NCBI GenBank assembly: GCA_963715865.1
Contig: OY970280.1
Coordinates: 2,240,001 to 2,304,000 of the forward strand
Direction: 5' to 3'
DNA from: Candidatus Bathyarchaeota archaeon
GTDB taxonomy: Archaea > Thermoproteota > Bathyarchaeia > Bathyarchaeales > Bathycorpusculaceae
Length of the DNA: 64,000 bases
The translations under genes and the position numbers were made by a program. The notes under the pieces were generated by a model. The model saw nothing but the letters and a program-made list of their open reading frames with translations, searched no databases and was not told the origin of the DNA. Below are positions 49,198 to 59,342 of the stretch, in pieces; positions within the stretch are counted from its first letter, which is position 1, and each line of letters opens with the position of its first letter.

Positions 49198-49599
49198 TTA
49201 GCCGAAAACCAACTTTAGAAAGTCTACTTTACCAAAATGTTTTTGGTCGTTAGAATAAACTTCAGTAACTCCTAATCGCATCATCAAAGCAAGGTTTACA
49301 CCGTCATTAAAGTCTAAATTCTCAGCAATCATGTTATTTGCTCCTACCAACAGGTCATCGCCGCTGAAACCGATGACTTTTAAAGCCTTGTAGGACATCA
49401 TCTTTTCAAGACTAGGCTTGATATCCCCTTGCTTACCCATGGCTTCTAGTACCCAAGCTACCTCGCACATTACCAATGTAGAAGTTATGGCCAGTTCACC
49501 GTTTTCTATGCGTTCAAGAATATTCTTAGCGGTCTTCCCGAAAAGGGGGTGAGCCGTGAGAGCATAGATAAAGACGTTGGTGTCCACGAACCGAGTCAC
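49198..49599 (-). CDS. vapC: PIN-domain toxin
   Basis: FVDTNVF, EVAW, FNDG, YSNDQKHF. Confidence 0.88.
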   Translation of the reverse strand: MTRFVDTNVFIYALTAHPLFGKTAKNILERIENGELAITSTLVMCEVAWVLEAMGKQGDIKPSLEKMMSYKALKVIGFSGDDLLVGANNMIAENLDFNDGVNLALMMRLGVTEVYSNDQKHFGKVDFLKLVFG

Positions 49600-49862
49600 T
49601 ATAAACCCTCAACCAACTTTTTCCGAATGTGTTCTCTTGCCAGGCGCTTTGGCTCGTTTATAGGCTTCTCCAACTTCACGGCGCCATATAACGCCTCAGT
49701 AGGCTTTTCATACTTACTTACTGGAACAAGACAAATACGCCCCATATACTCAGTGATGATAAGCCGAATGCCTTCATCCATGCCATATTTTTGGCGAAGC
49801 TGTTTGGGTAGAACGATGCGTCCATACTTGCCAACTTCCACAGACATATTCGACACCAGCAA
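49599..49862 (-). CDS. AbrB/MazE/SpoVT-family antitoxin
   Basis: VGKYGRIVLPKQLRQKYGM..G. Confidence 0.85.
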   Translation of the reverse strand: MLVSNMSVEVGKYGRIVLPKQLRQKYGMDEGIRLIITEYMGRICLVPVSKYEKPTEALYGAVKLEKPINEPKRLAREHIRKKLVEGL

Positions 49863-50018
49863 ATAATGATGTTAATGGCAAATATATCTCTTTTTGCCAA
49901 TTTATTTTGATTTGCCAAAAACAATTTTTCGATTTGGCGTAGTCAAACACTTTCCCTTCCTTCGAGCCAAAAAGTGTATAAGCGCATCCGCTGAAACCTC
50001 GGACTGTTGATTGTAGCT

Positions 50019-50849
50019 TTAGCACTTCTTAGTTAAATTGTCAATTATGCTTTGGAAGATTAGTTTTCCGTCGCCGTACTGCAGCATTTGCTGTTGCCGT
50101 GTCCAGTCGGGCTGTTGCCACCAGTACATAGCTCTTTCAGGATGAGGCATCAAACCAAAAATATTCCCTTCCTTATTGCATATGCCAGCAATGTCATAGA
50201 AGGAACCATTCGGATTAGTTGGGTACTTGCCGTCAGCAGATTCGCCGTTTTTATCGCAGTATCGGAAAACAATCATGTCATCATCGATTAGTTTTGCAAG
50301 CATTTCCTGTTCTTTCTCCTTAGGGAACAGTAACCTTCCTTCTCCATGAGCAATAGGCATCCTGACCATTTTCCCAGCTGGGATTTTGTTTGTGAAAGCG
50401 CATTTTCCCTTGTTTTCGTGCTTGAGATAAACCCACTGGCACTTGAAACCTTGCGGCTCATTCGTAGTTAATGTGGCTTCAGGATAAGCGCTTACTCCCT
50501 CTAGGCCCGGAAGTAAACCGTACTCAACCAATATTTGGAAGCCGTTGCATACACCAAGAATTGGTCTGCCTTCATCAACAAACGTTTCAATCTCTTTGCC
50601 TAGCTTGGCACTAAGCCACCGCGCAAAAATCACGCCTGAACGCACATAATCGCCGAACGAGAAGCCGCCTGGAAAAACCAGCACCTGATAATCCAGCAGA
50701 TTTCGGCGTTTTATTAACTCGTTAACATGCAAGGTTTCCGCTTGCACGCCTAACTCTTGAAATGCCCGCTGGGTTTCTGAGTCGCAGTTGGTTCCGCCGA
50801 CGCGCATGACGCAGACTTTGATTTCTTCTTGGTTCATTTTAGGGCTCAC
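50019..50849 (-). CDS. purQ: FGAM synthase glutaminase subunit
   Basis: GTNCD, PGGFSFGD, GVCNGFQIL, AHGEG, MPHPER. Confidence 0.96.
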   Translation of the reverse strand: MSPKMNQEEIKVCVMRVGGTNCDSETQRAFQELGVQAETLHVNELIKRRNLLDYQVLVFPGGFSFGDYVRSGVIFARWLSAKLGKEIETFVDEGRPILGVCNGFQILVEYGLLPGLEGVSAYPEATLTTNEPQGFKCQWVYLKHENKGKCAFTNKIPAGKMVRMPIAHGEGRLLFPKEKEQEMLAKLIDDDMIVFRYCDKNGESADGKYPTNPNGSFYDIAGICNKEGNIFGLMPHPERAMYWWQQPDWTRQQQMLQYGDGKLIFQSIIDNLTKKC

Positions 50850-53220
50850 CGCTTAACGTTTTTTTCCAGCTACGCCGCAGCTCGGCAAGTGAAGCGTCAA
50901 CTACAATTTTCTGGTTTAGTCCGTGAATGAGGAGTTTCTCGTCTTTAGTTACTTTGCCAATTTTAGAGCAGGTTTTACCTTTCATTAATGCCTCAAATTC
51001 TTGCCTATCTTTTTCCGAGACTTCCAAAAGGAAGCGACTGTTTGATTCCGAAAACAACACAAAGTCACTCCGCTCTAAAGCTTTGCCAGGCGCTTTACCT
51101 AAATCCAGCTCTAAGCCGTAGCCGCCTGCAAACGCCATCTCCGCCGCCGCCACCGCCAACCCGCCTTCAGAGAGGTCATGGCATGATTTGATTAAGCCCA
51201 AATCGATGGCTTTAGTTACAGCTTTGAATGTGCGTTTGGCTTTTGCGCCTTTTACTTTGGGCACGCTTGCGCCTAAGTAGCCTTTGAGCTTGTAGTATTC
51301 TGAACCGCCAAGTTCATTGAACGTTTCCCCGACAACATAGAGCAGATTACCGGGCGCTTTCAAATCCATAGACGTGGTAAATTGAATGTTAGGAACAATG
51401 CCTATAGCAGTAATTAGCAGTGTCGGTGTGACTGGACCCAGCGGGGACTCGTTGTAGAGGCTATCTTTTCCCGAGATAAACGGCGTTCTAAACGCTTTTG
51501 CAAAGTCGTAGCAGGCTTCGCAGGCTCTTACCAGCGAACCCAAGCGCTCTGGCTTTTCAGGATTACCCCAAGTGAAGTTATCCAGAAGTGCAATTCTTCT
51601 TCCGCCGACGGCAATGTTGTTTCTCACTGCCTCGTCAATGGCTGAAGCAGCCATCCAGTAAGCATCAATCTTCCCGTAATTTGGGTTCATCCCGCATGAA
51701 ATAGCTAAGCCTTTCAATGATTCGTCGAGGGGTTTCAGAACAGCGGCGTCGTTCGGTCCAGCGTACTCTCCCTGCAAGGGTTTAAGCGTAGTGTTTCCTT
51801 TTACCTCATGGTCATAAGTGCGTATGACGCTTTCTTTGCTGGCAATGTTTGGCGCAGAAAGAAGCTGCAGCAGGGTTTCGGTTAGGTTTTCTGGTTCAGG
51901 AAATTCTGGTTCCGTGAAGCTTAAGGTTTCAATGGTTGCTGTTTTCATGCTTTTGCAAGGATTAAACAGAAATGCCATATCCATGTCGGCAACTTTCTCG
52001 CCATGAAAATTCAGGTGTAGGCGGCGCTCGGTTGTTAGTTTGCCTATTGCTGTAGCTTGGACGTCTTCTTTCTCAAAAATCGCCATAACTCGCTCCAAGT
52101 TTTCCGGTGGCACGGTTAGGAGCATTCTTTCCTGCGATTCTGAAATGTAAACTTCCCACGGAGCCAAACCCTGATACTTCAACGGTACCTTGCCAAGTTC
52201 AATGGTCGCTCCGCAGTCGAATTTTTCGGCTGTTTCGCCGACGGCTGAGGATAAGCCTCCTCCGCCAAGATCAGTAGTCGACGATGCCAATAGGAGGTCG
52301 CGGATTTCTATTAATGCCCGTTTGACTTTCTCTTCTTCAATTGGGTCGGCGATTTGTACGGCTGGTCTTGAGATTTCTTCTGATTTCTCAGTTAATTCGG
52401 CTGAGGCGAAGGTTACGCCATGGATGCCGTCGCGTCCTGTTTTTCCACCTGCCAGCACAATTGCATGTTCAGGTTTGGCGTTTTTCATGAACTTATTTAA
52501 TGGCAAAAGTCCTATGCATCCGCAGTATACGGTGACGTTGCCTGTGTAGCTGTCGTCAAAGTATATTGCTCCGTTTACAGTTGGGATGCCCATGTTATTT
52601 CCATAAGCGCTAATGCCAGCGGTAACGCCCATGTACACGTACTTTGGATGTTTTACGCCTGCAGGAAGCTTGTTGTAATCGTAATCTAGTGGTCCGAAGC
52701 CTAAAACGTCTGTGCACGCGATTGGGTCTGCCCAGACACCGAGGATGTCTCGAATTACGCCGCCGACACCAGTAGCTGCGCCGCCGAAAGGTTCAACTGC
52801 TGACGGGTGGTTGTGGGTTTCAACTTTGGCGGCTATTCCATAGCCCTTGTCAAAACGGACGATGCCAGCGTTATCTTCGAAGACGCTGAAGCACCATGGT
52901 GGGTTGATTTCTTTTGTGGCTTTTGCAATGTAAGTTTTGAAGAGGCTGTCGATTTCTTTGCCGTCCAAGCGGATTTTTCCTTTGAAGGTTTTGTGGTAGC
53001 AGTGTTCTGACCATGTTTGGCTGATGGTTTGCAGCTCCACATCCGTTGGGTTTCTGTCTTCCTTCTTGAAGTAGGCTTGGATACTCTTCATTTCTTGTAG
53101 GCTTGAGCCTAATGCTAGCTCGTTGCTTATTTCGGCGAGTTGTTGGTCGGTGGCTTTGGCTAAGGCTACCTCGTAGAGCGCATAACTGGTTTTACGGTGG
53201 ATGTAGAGGTTATCGTTCAT
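50839..53220 (-). CDS. purL: FGAM synthase synthetase subunit
   Basis: WSEHCYHK, ETHNHPS, DGIHG, SESQERM, SGKDSLYN, HDLSEGG. Confidence 0.96.
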   Translation of the reverse strand: MNDNLYIHRKTSYALYEVALAKATDQQLAEISNELALGSSLQEMKSIQAYFKKEDRNPTDVELQTISQTWSEHCYHKTFKGKIRLDGKEIDSLFKTYIAKATKEINPPWCFSVFEDNAGIVRFDKGYGIAAKVETHNHPSAVEPFGGAATGVGGVIRDILGVWADPIACTDVLGFGPLDYDYNKLPAGVKHPKYVYMGVTAGISAYGNNMGIPTVNGAIYFDDSYTGNVTVYCGCIGLLPLNKFMKNAKPEHAIVLAGGKTGRDGIHGVTFASAELTEKSEEISRPAVQIADPIEEEKVKRALIEIRDLLLASSTTDLGGGGLSSAVGETAEKFDCGATIELGKVPLKYQGLAPWEVYISESQERMLLTVPPENLERVMAIFEKEDVQATAIGKLTTERRLHLNFHGEKVADMDMAFLFNPCKSMKTATIETLSFTEPEFPEPENLTETLLQLLSAPNIASKESVIRTYDHEVKGNTTLKPLQGEYAGPNDAAVLKPLDESLKGLAISCGMNPNYGKIDAYWMAASAIDEAVRNNIAVGGRRIALLDNFTWGNPEKPERLGSLVRACEACYDFAKAFRTPFISGKDSLYNESPLGPVTPTLLITAIGIVPNIQFTTSMDLKAPGNLLYVVGETFNELGGSEYYKLKGYLGASVPKVKGAKAKRTFKAVTKAIDLGLIKSCHDLSEGGLAVAAAEMAFAGGYGLELDLGKAPGKALERSDFVLFSESNSRFLLEVSEKDRQEFEALMKGKTCSKIGKVTKDEKLLIHGLNQKIVVDASLAELRRSWKKTLSGEP

Positions 53221-53468
53221 TTCTGCTCCTCAACGGTTATTGTGTAGTTGTCTTTGGTTGGGTTTGCCAAAAGGCGTTTACTCATTTCTTCCGCCTTTGC
53301 CTTGGCTTCTTTAATTGTTGGTGCATCAAGAATGACAGTGTAAACTTTGCTCACGTCTACTGCTTCTACTTTGTAGCCGAGTTCTTTTAATAAACGGGCT
53401 GTTGTTTCCCCTTCAGGATTGCTGTGACCTGGTTTGAGGCTGACCTCTATTTTAGCGCGGTATTTCAT
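53217..53468 (-). CDS. purS: FGAM synthase PurS subunit
   Basis: LKPGHSNPEG, LLANP. Confidence 0.92.
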   Translation of the reverse strand: MKYRAKIEVSLKPGHSNPEGETTARLLKELGYKVEAVDVSKVYTVILDAPTIKEAKAKAEEMSKRLLANPTKDNYTITVEEQK

Positions 53469-53526
53469 GAGCCTTTAAATTAAGCTTACAGGATTTAAAC
53501 GCTTTTGTCATAAAAAAAGCAAAATT

Positions 53527-54606
53527 TTACGTCAATATCATCTTTTTGTTTTGGTAGTGTATTTCTACAGTTTGTTTTTCTGTTACTTTGCCGATTATTT
53601 CAGGTTTTGAGCTGTCTTGCTCTAGCGTGTTCATGGCTTTATCAATTTCTGTTTTGTCTACGATTATGCCGAAGCCCCAGCCCATGTTGAAGGTTTTGAA
53701 CATTTCCTCGTCTGTAATAGTATAGCCTAATTCAGCCGCCGTTTTTTGAATCAATCCGAAAATGGGTTGGGGTTTAAAGTTGGTAAATTCAAAGCCTATG
53801 CCTGGCGAGAAACTGACAAGGTTGTTGAATTTCATGTACGCGTCGCCCGTTATGTGTACTGCTGCTTTGACTTTTACTTCGCCCGCTAGTTTGAGTAGTG
53901 GCTTAACGTAAATTTTTGTTGGTTCAAGGGCTTCAAGGGCTATTTCCCTGTCCAAGCCTGCTGGGGTGTCGTTTGGCTGGTATTTTCCGCCCCATTGCTT
54001 AAAGAGGATTTTTCTTGCCATTGTTATGCCATTGCTGTGCAATCCGTTGCTGGCTAAGCCTATTATTGGGTCGCCAGGTTTGATGTTTTCTCCGGTGATG
54101 ATTTCTTGCCTTTCAACTTGACCTACTGAAGCGACCACCATGTCGAAGCCTGCGTTTTCTGTTAAGCCTCTTATTATTTCAGCTACGTCGCCTGTTTCTC
54201 CGCCTGTAACTGGGCATTCTGCTTCAGCGGCGCCTTGGATGATTCCTTTTAGCCATGCTTTTACAAGCTGGGGTTCGCTTGCTTGAGTATGAATGTTATC
54301 CACTATGGCGAGCGGTTTAGCTCCTGAACGGATTACGTCGTTGACTGCCATGGCTACTGCGTCTATGCCTATGGTATCATATTTCTGTGCTAATTGTGCT
54401 ATGAGGACTTTGGTGCCTACGCCTTCGATGACAAGGTCCAGAAAAGTGTTTTCTCCGATTGGAAAAATGTTACCATATGGCAGATGCATTACGCCGCCAT
54501 AGCGGCTGTGCTTGTAGGTTTCCTGCAGGCTTTTTAGGGCTTTTTTTGATTCTGCGCGTTGTTTGCGGTTTACGCCTGCATCGCTGTAAGTGTAATTTTT
54601 AGGCAA
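53527..54606 (-). CDS. purM: AIR synthase
   Basis: YSDAGV, EGVGTK, VAMAVND, GGET, SNGLHSNG, HITG, TFNMGWG. Confidence 0.94.
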   Translation of the reverse strand: MPKNYTYSDAGVNRKQRAESKKALKSLQETYKHSRYGGVMHLPYGNIFPIGENTFLDLVIEGVGTKVLIAQLAQKYDTIGIDAVAMAVNDVIRSGAKPLAIVDNIHTQASEPQLVKAWLKGIIQGAAEAECPVTGGETGDVAEIIRGLTENAGFDMVVASVGQVERQEIITGENIKPGDPIIGLASNGLHSNGITMARKILFKQWGGKYQPNDTPAGLDREIALEALEPTKIYVKPLLKLAGEVKVKAAVHITGDAYMKFNNLVSFSPGIGFEFTNFKPQPIFGLIQKTAAELGYTITDEEMFKTFNMGWGFGIIVDKTEIDKAMNTLEQDSSKPEIIGKVTEKQTVEIHYQNKKMILT

Positions 54607-54701
54607 AGCTGTTTTCTCCTTGGTATTCTTTCTGGTTAGTTAGAGATAACGATTTTGCTTGCTCGGATACTAAAAGTAAGAAACAACTTATTTTTTAACG
54701 G

Positions 54702-55073
54702 TTATAGGTTATTTTTCTTTGTTTTTTCGTCTATTATTGAAAGAAGTTCTTGGGGTTTCACAGGTTTCAAAAGGTAAGCATCTGCATGTGCGCCCTTCAT
54801 AGGTGCCATTGTTGGAAAGCCTGTAATTATTATTTTAACCATTTTGCCGCCATGATCAGCAAGCTTATCTAAAAGCTCCACGCCATTCAAGTCTGGAAGG
54901 CAAATGTCAATTAGGGCTACAGCGTAAAATTTGATGTTGGCTTTTTGTATGGCTTCTTTTCCAGTTTGGGCTGTGTCAGTGTTGTATCCTTTTTTCTGAA
55001 GGATGCGTACGAAAGTCTTTATGATGCTTTCGTCATCATCAATGATTAGTACTGTTTTGGCGTCTTTGCCCAT
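54702..55073 (-). CDS. Single-domain response regulator receiver
   Basis: IIDDD, DICLPDLNG, ITG, KP. Confidence 0.88.
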   Translation of the reverse strand: MGKDAKTVLIIDDDESIIKTFVRILQKKGYNTDTAQTGKEAIQKANIKFYAVALIDICLPDLNGVELLDKLADHGGKMVKIIITGFPTMAPMKGAHADAYLLKPVKPQELLSIIDEKTKKNNL

Positions 55074-55199
55074 TTTTCTTCCTTCAGTGCATTTGCTCGC
55101 TAAGTTGTATTCGCTTCTTGGTATCTTTTAGTAATTTTTTGATTGCTATAAAGCAGTATTACAGGATTTAGAATATTCCACAATTTGTATAGTTTACGT

Positions 55200-55559
55200 T
55201 TAATGGTTAGTCGTTTGTTTTTCTTTTAGCATTTTTTCAATTAGAAAAAGTAAGTCTTTGGGTTTTACAATTTTGGTTAAGCAGGCATCTGCTCCTTTCA
55301 GAATAGTTTCTTCAGGGAAGTCTGTGATTACTATTTTGATTGTTTTAGTTTTGGCTAGATTTTGGAGTATGCGTGTGTTGTCTGGAATTTCTGCATCTAT
55401 TATGGCTATAGCATAATGATTGGTGTGGGCTTTTTCAAGGGCTTCTTTTCCAGTTTGGGCTGTGTCGGCAGTGTACCCACTTTTCTGTAGGATACTTGCG
55501 TATGTCGTTGCCAAATCCTTATAGTTGTCAATTACTATTATTTTACTGGTTTTTTCCAA
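55200..55559 (-). CDS. Degenerate single-domain receiver
   Basis: Paralogous to the adjacent receiver (ILQK.GY..DTAQTGKEA); acidic pocket IDNY. Confidence 0.75.
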   Translation of the reverse strand: MEKTSKIIVIDNYKDLATTYASILQKSGYTADTAQTGKEALEKAHTNHYAIAIIDAEIPDNTRILQNLAKTKTIKIVITDFPEETILKGADACLTKIVKPKDLLFLIEKMLKEKQTTNH

Positions 55560-55725
55560 ATAATTTCTTCTTCTGGATTCTGGCGCTTTCTTGTCTGCTG
55601 AGTTAGCAGCTCCTTTTCCATTTATTTCTATTGATGTATTGTAATATATAACATTTATTATGGATGCTAAATATTTGTAGGCGATAGAAACCTAAATATG
55701 CAATAAGCAAACAACTTGAGAAAGC

Positions 55726-55878
55726 ATGTTAACGAAAAAGAAACAAACCACTGTAACTCTTGATGCTGAAGTGATGGATTTTTTACAAGAACAAATTAAA
55801 GTCAAGAGATTTAGCTCCATTAGTCATGGCGTTAATTACGCCGTTTATAAACTAATGAAAGAAGAAAGCAAAAAATAA
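55726..55878 (+). CDS. 50-aa ribbon-helix-helix (CopG-like) protein
   Basis: MLTKKKQTTVTLDAEVMDFLQEQIKVKRFSSISHGVNYAVYKLMKEESKK (manual translation). Confidence 0.65.
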   Translation: MLTKKKQTTVTLDAEVMDFLQEQIKVKRFSSISHGVNYAVYKLMKEESKK

Positions 55879-56018
55879 CTGATCAAGTATGTAAAATTAT
55901 TTAAATTAACCATGCTTCTTTCTTTTAAAAGTCATAAAAAATCCAGCGTTAAGCATATTGCAGAGAAGAACCAATATATCAAACTGAGTAACACAAACAA
56001 AACCAACTCAAAAAATAT

Positions 56019-56094
56019 GCGGTCGTAGTCTAGTTTGGTAGGACATCAGCTTCCCAAGCTGACGACCCGGGTTCAAATCCCGGTGACCGCACCA
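56019..56094 (+). tRNA. tRNA-Gly(CCC), CCA encoded
   Basis: GCGGTCG/TGACCGC acceptor stem, TCAGC-TTCCCAA-GCTGA anticodon arm, CCGGG-TTCAAAT-CCCGG T arm. Confidence 0.95.
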
Positions 56095-56160
56095 ATCTCC
56101 TCAAAACCGCATTTTGCACATTCAAAAAACCAATTCTCCAATTACTCCAATTCGCCCTTT

Positions 56161-56413
56161 CTACCAAGGGATTATTTGGGCGTCTGCGCAACCGCTGATT
56201 AGTTTTGTTATTTTTATTTTTAGGTGTTCGTTGGGTTTTGCGTTGCTGATGAAGATTGGGAAGCCTTTGATTTTGGCGATGCCTTCCCCGTTTGGACTCA
56301 TATCCACTATATCTACTTCGTATTCTTCCCCAATTTCAAATGGGTAATCAATGCCTCTACCGCGTCTGTTTTTTGCATTTCTTGGGGCTCGTTTTTTGGG
56401 GCTAAAAAGACAT
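56161..56413 (-). pseudogene. Single-TRAM-domain protein, frameshifted just after the ATG (or sequencing error)
   Basis: GAGGA-CG-ATG TCT TTT TAG; deleting one T gives MSFSPKKR...FEIGEEYEVDIVDMSPNGEGIAKIKGFPIFISNAKPNEHLKIKITK. Confidence 0.7.
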
Positions 56414-56584
56414 CGTCCTCGCTTTCAACATTAATTAATATTAAGTAATGTATTTCATAGGCATAAGGGTTTTGTCTTAACCCTGCTTAGAAAAAAAGTT
56501 AAAAAAACAGCAGGTATGCACTGGTACAGCAGATACGACAAAAAACATAGAAATTGAACCAACCATTCGTTAGTTGTGTGTGTG

Positions 56585-56599
56585 CGCACCAATCTCCTC
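56585..56599 (+). repeat. 15-bp direct repeat of the tRNA-Gly 3' end, CGCACCAATCTCCTC
   Basis: Identical to 56088-56102. Confidence 0.65.
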
Positions 56600-56725
56600 C
56601 TTCAAATACAAGCAACATTCTTTCTCTACGCCTGCTGAGCTGTTTTGGTGATTACGGCACAAAAGAGAAAAGAGCAGGTTGCAGCATATTCATTGTGGTG
56701 TTGAATTATACTTTCAGCTTTTATT

Positions 56726-56920
56726 ATGGTTCCTGTTCCAGCTTATTCGCAGTATTTGAAGTGCCCAAATTGTGGGTCACAAGTAGCTTCGTTCTCTAAC
56801 TACTGCAATTTCTGCGGCGTACCCCTGCGGCAACCAATTTTGCTAAAAATCTGCCCCCGATGCAAAACCCGAATCTCAGCTACAGCGCATTTTTGCCCTG
56901 AATGCGGACAAAAACAATAA
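56726..56920 (+). CDS. Double zinc-ribbon protein
   Basis: CPNCG...CNFCG...CPRC...CPECG. Confidence 0.75.
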   Translation: MVPVPAYSQYLKCPNCGSQVASFSNYCNFCGVPLRQPILLKICPRCKTRISATAHFCPECGQKQ

Positions 56921-57346
56921 TGCCGCAGCAATCGACAGAATTCTATTCCATGGGCAGGCGGCAAACAAGGCTAGCTTTGTCACGAAGTCCTTCAAGCCAA
57001 ACTTAATGCAGTGCATTTTGTTCTATTGTTGGTTGGAAAAATTAAGCAACAATGTTTTTTGCGCGAGATGAATTTGACCGAGAACTTTTTTCTTTTATTT
57101 TTCTTTCTTCATTTTTTTTGATTTGCGGATTTGGCTTTCTCTGTTCAGGAGCCAGGTCCTCTTTATCAGTTAGGTACGTCTGCAACTTTTCAATTTCTTC
57201 TCTCACGGCATGGAAAGAAAGGCATCTTGAATGCCCAGCTTTTGTACAGCGGAGCTAAAGATTGCTCCGAGCACTAGTTCTCAGGCATAGTAACAGAAAG
57301 GTTATTACTTTTCGAGATATCACTCGTAGAGCGGAGAGAAAAAAAG

Positions 57347-58108
57347 GTGCCCCTCGCGTTTATCATTGGAACAGCAGGTTCTGGCAAGTCCCTGTTAACT
57401 GCAGCCTTCAGCGAATGGTTAAAAATGTCCAAGCAAGACGTTGCCGTTGTCAATTTGGATCCTGGTGCATTGAAGCTTCCTTACTCGCCGGATGTTGATG
57501 TGCGCAATTATGTTGATGTTGGCGATTTAATGGAAAAATATGGTTTAGGACCAAACGGCGCATTGATTATGGCTGCTGACTTAATCGCTGACGAGATTGA
57601 AAATTTAACTCGCGACATAGAAGAAGCTAACGCTGACATCGTTTTGGTGGATACTCCTGGGCAGATGGAGTTGTTTGCTTTCAGAGCAAGCGGACCATAT
57701 ATCGTTGACGAATTAACAAAGGAGCCTAAAGCGTTAATTTACCTCTTCGACGCAGTATTCTCAATCAATCCACTCAATTATGTCTCAAACATGTTTCTCT
57801 CAGCCGCAGTTTACAACAGGTTCTACCAGCCACAACTGCACGTGCTCTCAAAGACTGATTTGATACCAAAAAAAGACGCTCAGGCAATCACCACTTGGTC
57901 AGCCAACACTAGAGCACTGGAAGATGCGATTGACCAGAAACTTGAAGGCACAAAACGACTCTTCAGCCGCAACATGATGCAAGCCATCAATAAGCTTGGC
58001 TTGAAATTTTTGTTGATGCCAGTTTCCGCTAAAACAAACGAAGGCATGATTAACATTAACACGATACTTGAACGAATTTTAAACGAAGGAGAAAAATACA
58101 CAACCTAA
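57347..58108 (+). CDS. GPN-loop GTPase
   Basis: GTAGSGKS, NLDPG, LGPNGA, DTPGQMELF. Confidence 0.92.
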   Translation: MPLAFIIGTAGSGKSLLTAAFSEWLKMSKQDVAVVNLDPGALKLPYSPDVDVRNYVDVGDLMEKYGLGPNGALIMAADLIADEIENLTRDIEEANADIVLVDTPGQMELFAFRASGPYIVDELTKEPKALIYLFDAVFSINPLNYVSNMFLSAAVYNRFYQPQLHVLSKTDLIPKKDAQAITTWSANTRALEDAIDQKLEGTKRLFSRNMMQAINKLGLKFLLMPVSAKTNEGMININTILERILNEGEKYTT

Positions 58109-58112
58109 AACT

Positions 58113-58739
58113 TTAAGCGCCAATCAGTGACCAGCTTGCTGCAAAGGCTCCACGCTTAGCCTTCAAAGCTGAATCAGCACCAGCGACAATAATAACATCG
58201 TTGTCCTCAGGCGCTAATTGCTTAAGAATTTGGCTTGCTGCCTTCGGATAATCCTTCTCTATACGATCACTGACTGATTCAATATGCAAGTGACCATTTT
58301 TGAAAACGATAACTAAGGCTTTGCGTGCGCCGGCAATGATGGCTGCATCCCGTTGATCAATTCCCGACCGCACCTTTTGCCCGCTGTTTTTCACTAAAAA
58401 AGCAAAATTAAATTCAGACTCGCTCAATTCACTTTTTTGAATTTCAATCCGTTTAGGAAAAACTTGTTCAAATTGCCGCCAAACCTCTAAGCCTTTATTT
58501 GCTAAACTGCAGCCTTCTTTGGAAGTTTCAATTAAACCAGCATTTCTAAGTCTGCTTATTATTGTGCGCACTGCACCATCACCAACGTTGAGTTTCTTAG
58601 CTAGTTTATTTCTGCCAAGAGGTTTCTGCGACATAATCTCTAAAGCATAGAAAATATGAAATACAGTGAAAGTGGTTGATGGTCCTGGAGCTTTTTTTCC
58701 AGCGATTCCTTGTATAAACTTTTTCAGCGATGCCGACAT
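58113..58739 (-). CDS. wHTH regulator with C-terminal DUF4443-like domain
   Basis: LGRNKLAKKLNVGDGAVRT; GIDQRDAAIIAGA. Confidence 0.7.
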   Translation of the reverse strand: MSASLKKFIQGIAGKKAPGPSTTFTVFHIFYALEIMSQKPLGRNKLAKKLNVGDGAVRTIISRLRNAGLIETSKEGCSLANKGLEVWRQFEQVFPKRIEIQKSELSESEFNFAFLVKNSGQKVRSGIDQRDAAIIAGARKALVIVFKNGHLHIESVSDRIEKDYPKAASQILKQLAPEDNDVIIVAGADSALKAKRGAFAASWSLIGA

Positions 58740-58804
58740 ATTTTGCCCTGCTCTAACTAAGCGTTGGTTAGGTTTTTATAATTTATCAAAAAGATTGATG
58801 CAGA

Positions 58805-59182
58805 TTAGTCCTTGTAAGCAACAACTGAAACCTCAATAAGCGCATTAGCCTTCAATTCTATGCCGACTGTGGCGCGAGCAGGAAATTCTCCATCAAAGTA
58901 CTTGGCATATTCGTGGTTGAACTCGTCAAATAAGGCCATAGAAGAAAGATACACAGTGGATTGAACAACATCTTTCAGGCTGTAACCTGCAGCTTCCAGT
59001 ATAGCTTTTATGTTCTCCATAACCTGTCTTGTCTGCAACGTAACATCTTTAGCAACTATTTTGCCTTCCTTTGGATCAATTGCCAGTTGCCCTGAGACGA
59101 ACAGGAATTTGCCTGCTTTTACTGCTTGATTGTATGGACCTACTGGTTTTGGCGCTTTTTCGCTAAATACTGGTGTTTTCAT
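58805..59182 (-). CDS. ridA: RidA/YjgF imine deaminase
   Basis: GPYNQAV, VSGQL, PARATV, IEVSVVA. Confidence 0.9.
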   Translation of the reverse strand: MKTPVFSEKAPKPVGPYNQAVKAGKFLFVSGQLAIDPKEGKIVAKDVTLQTRQVMENIKAILEAAGYSLKDVVQSTVYLSSMALFDEFNHEYAKYFDGEFPARATVGIELKANALIEVSVVAYKD

Positions 59183-59342
59183 GTTTTCCCTCTTCTTGTT
59201 TATGTTGTTTAGCGATTAAAATTGTTTTTGCGAGCAGGCATCCCGCTTTGCTTGTTGATTAGTTGCTTGTGTTGTAGAAAGCCTTTTAAGAAAAACGCAA
59301 AGTTATTTATGTCCTTATTACAACCAGAATGGAAAGATTCCC

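Noticed and set aside
55535-55621. 27-aa ORF overlapping the start of the second receiver gene
   Set aside because: Could be a frameshifted N-terminal extension or chance; insufficient evidence.
57040-57260. Lys/Glu-rich open frame on the minus strand upstream of the GPN GTPase
   Set aside because: No clear start or domain; low complexity; left uncalled.
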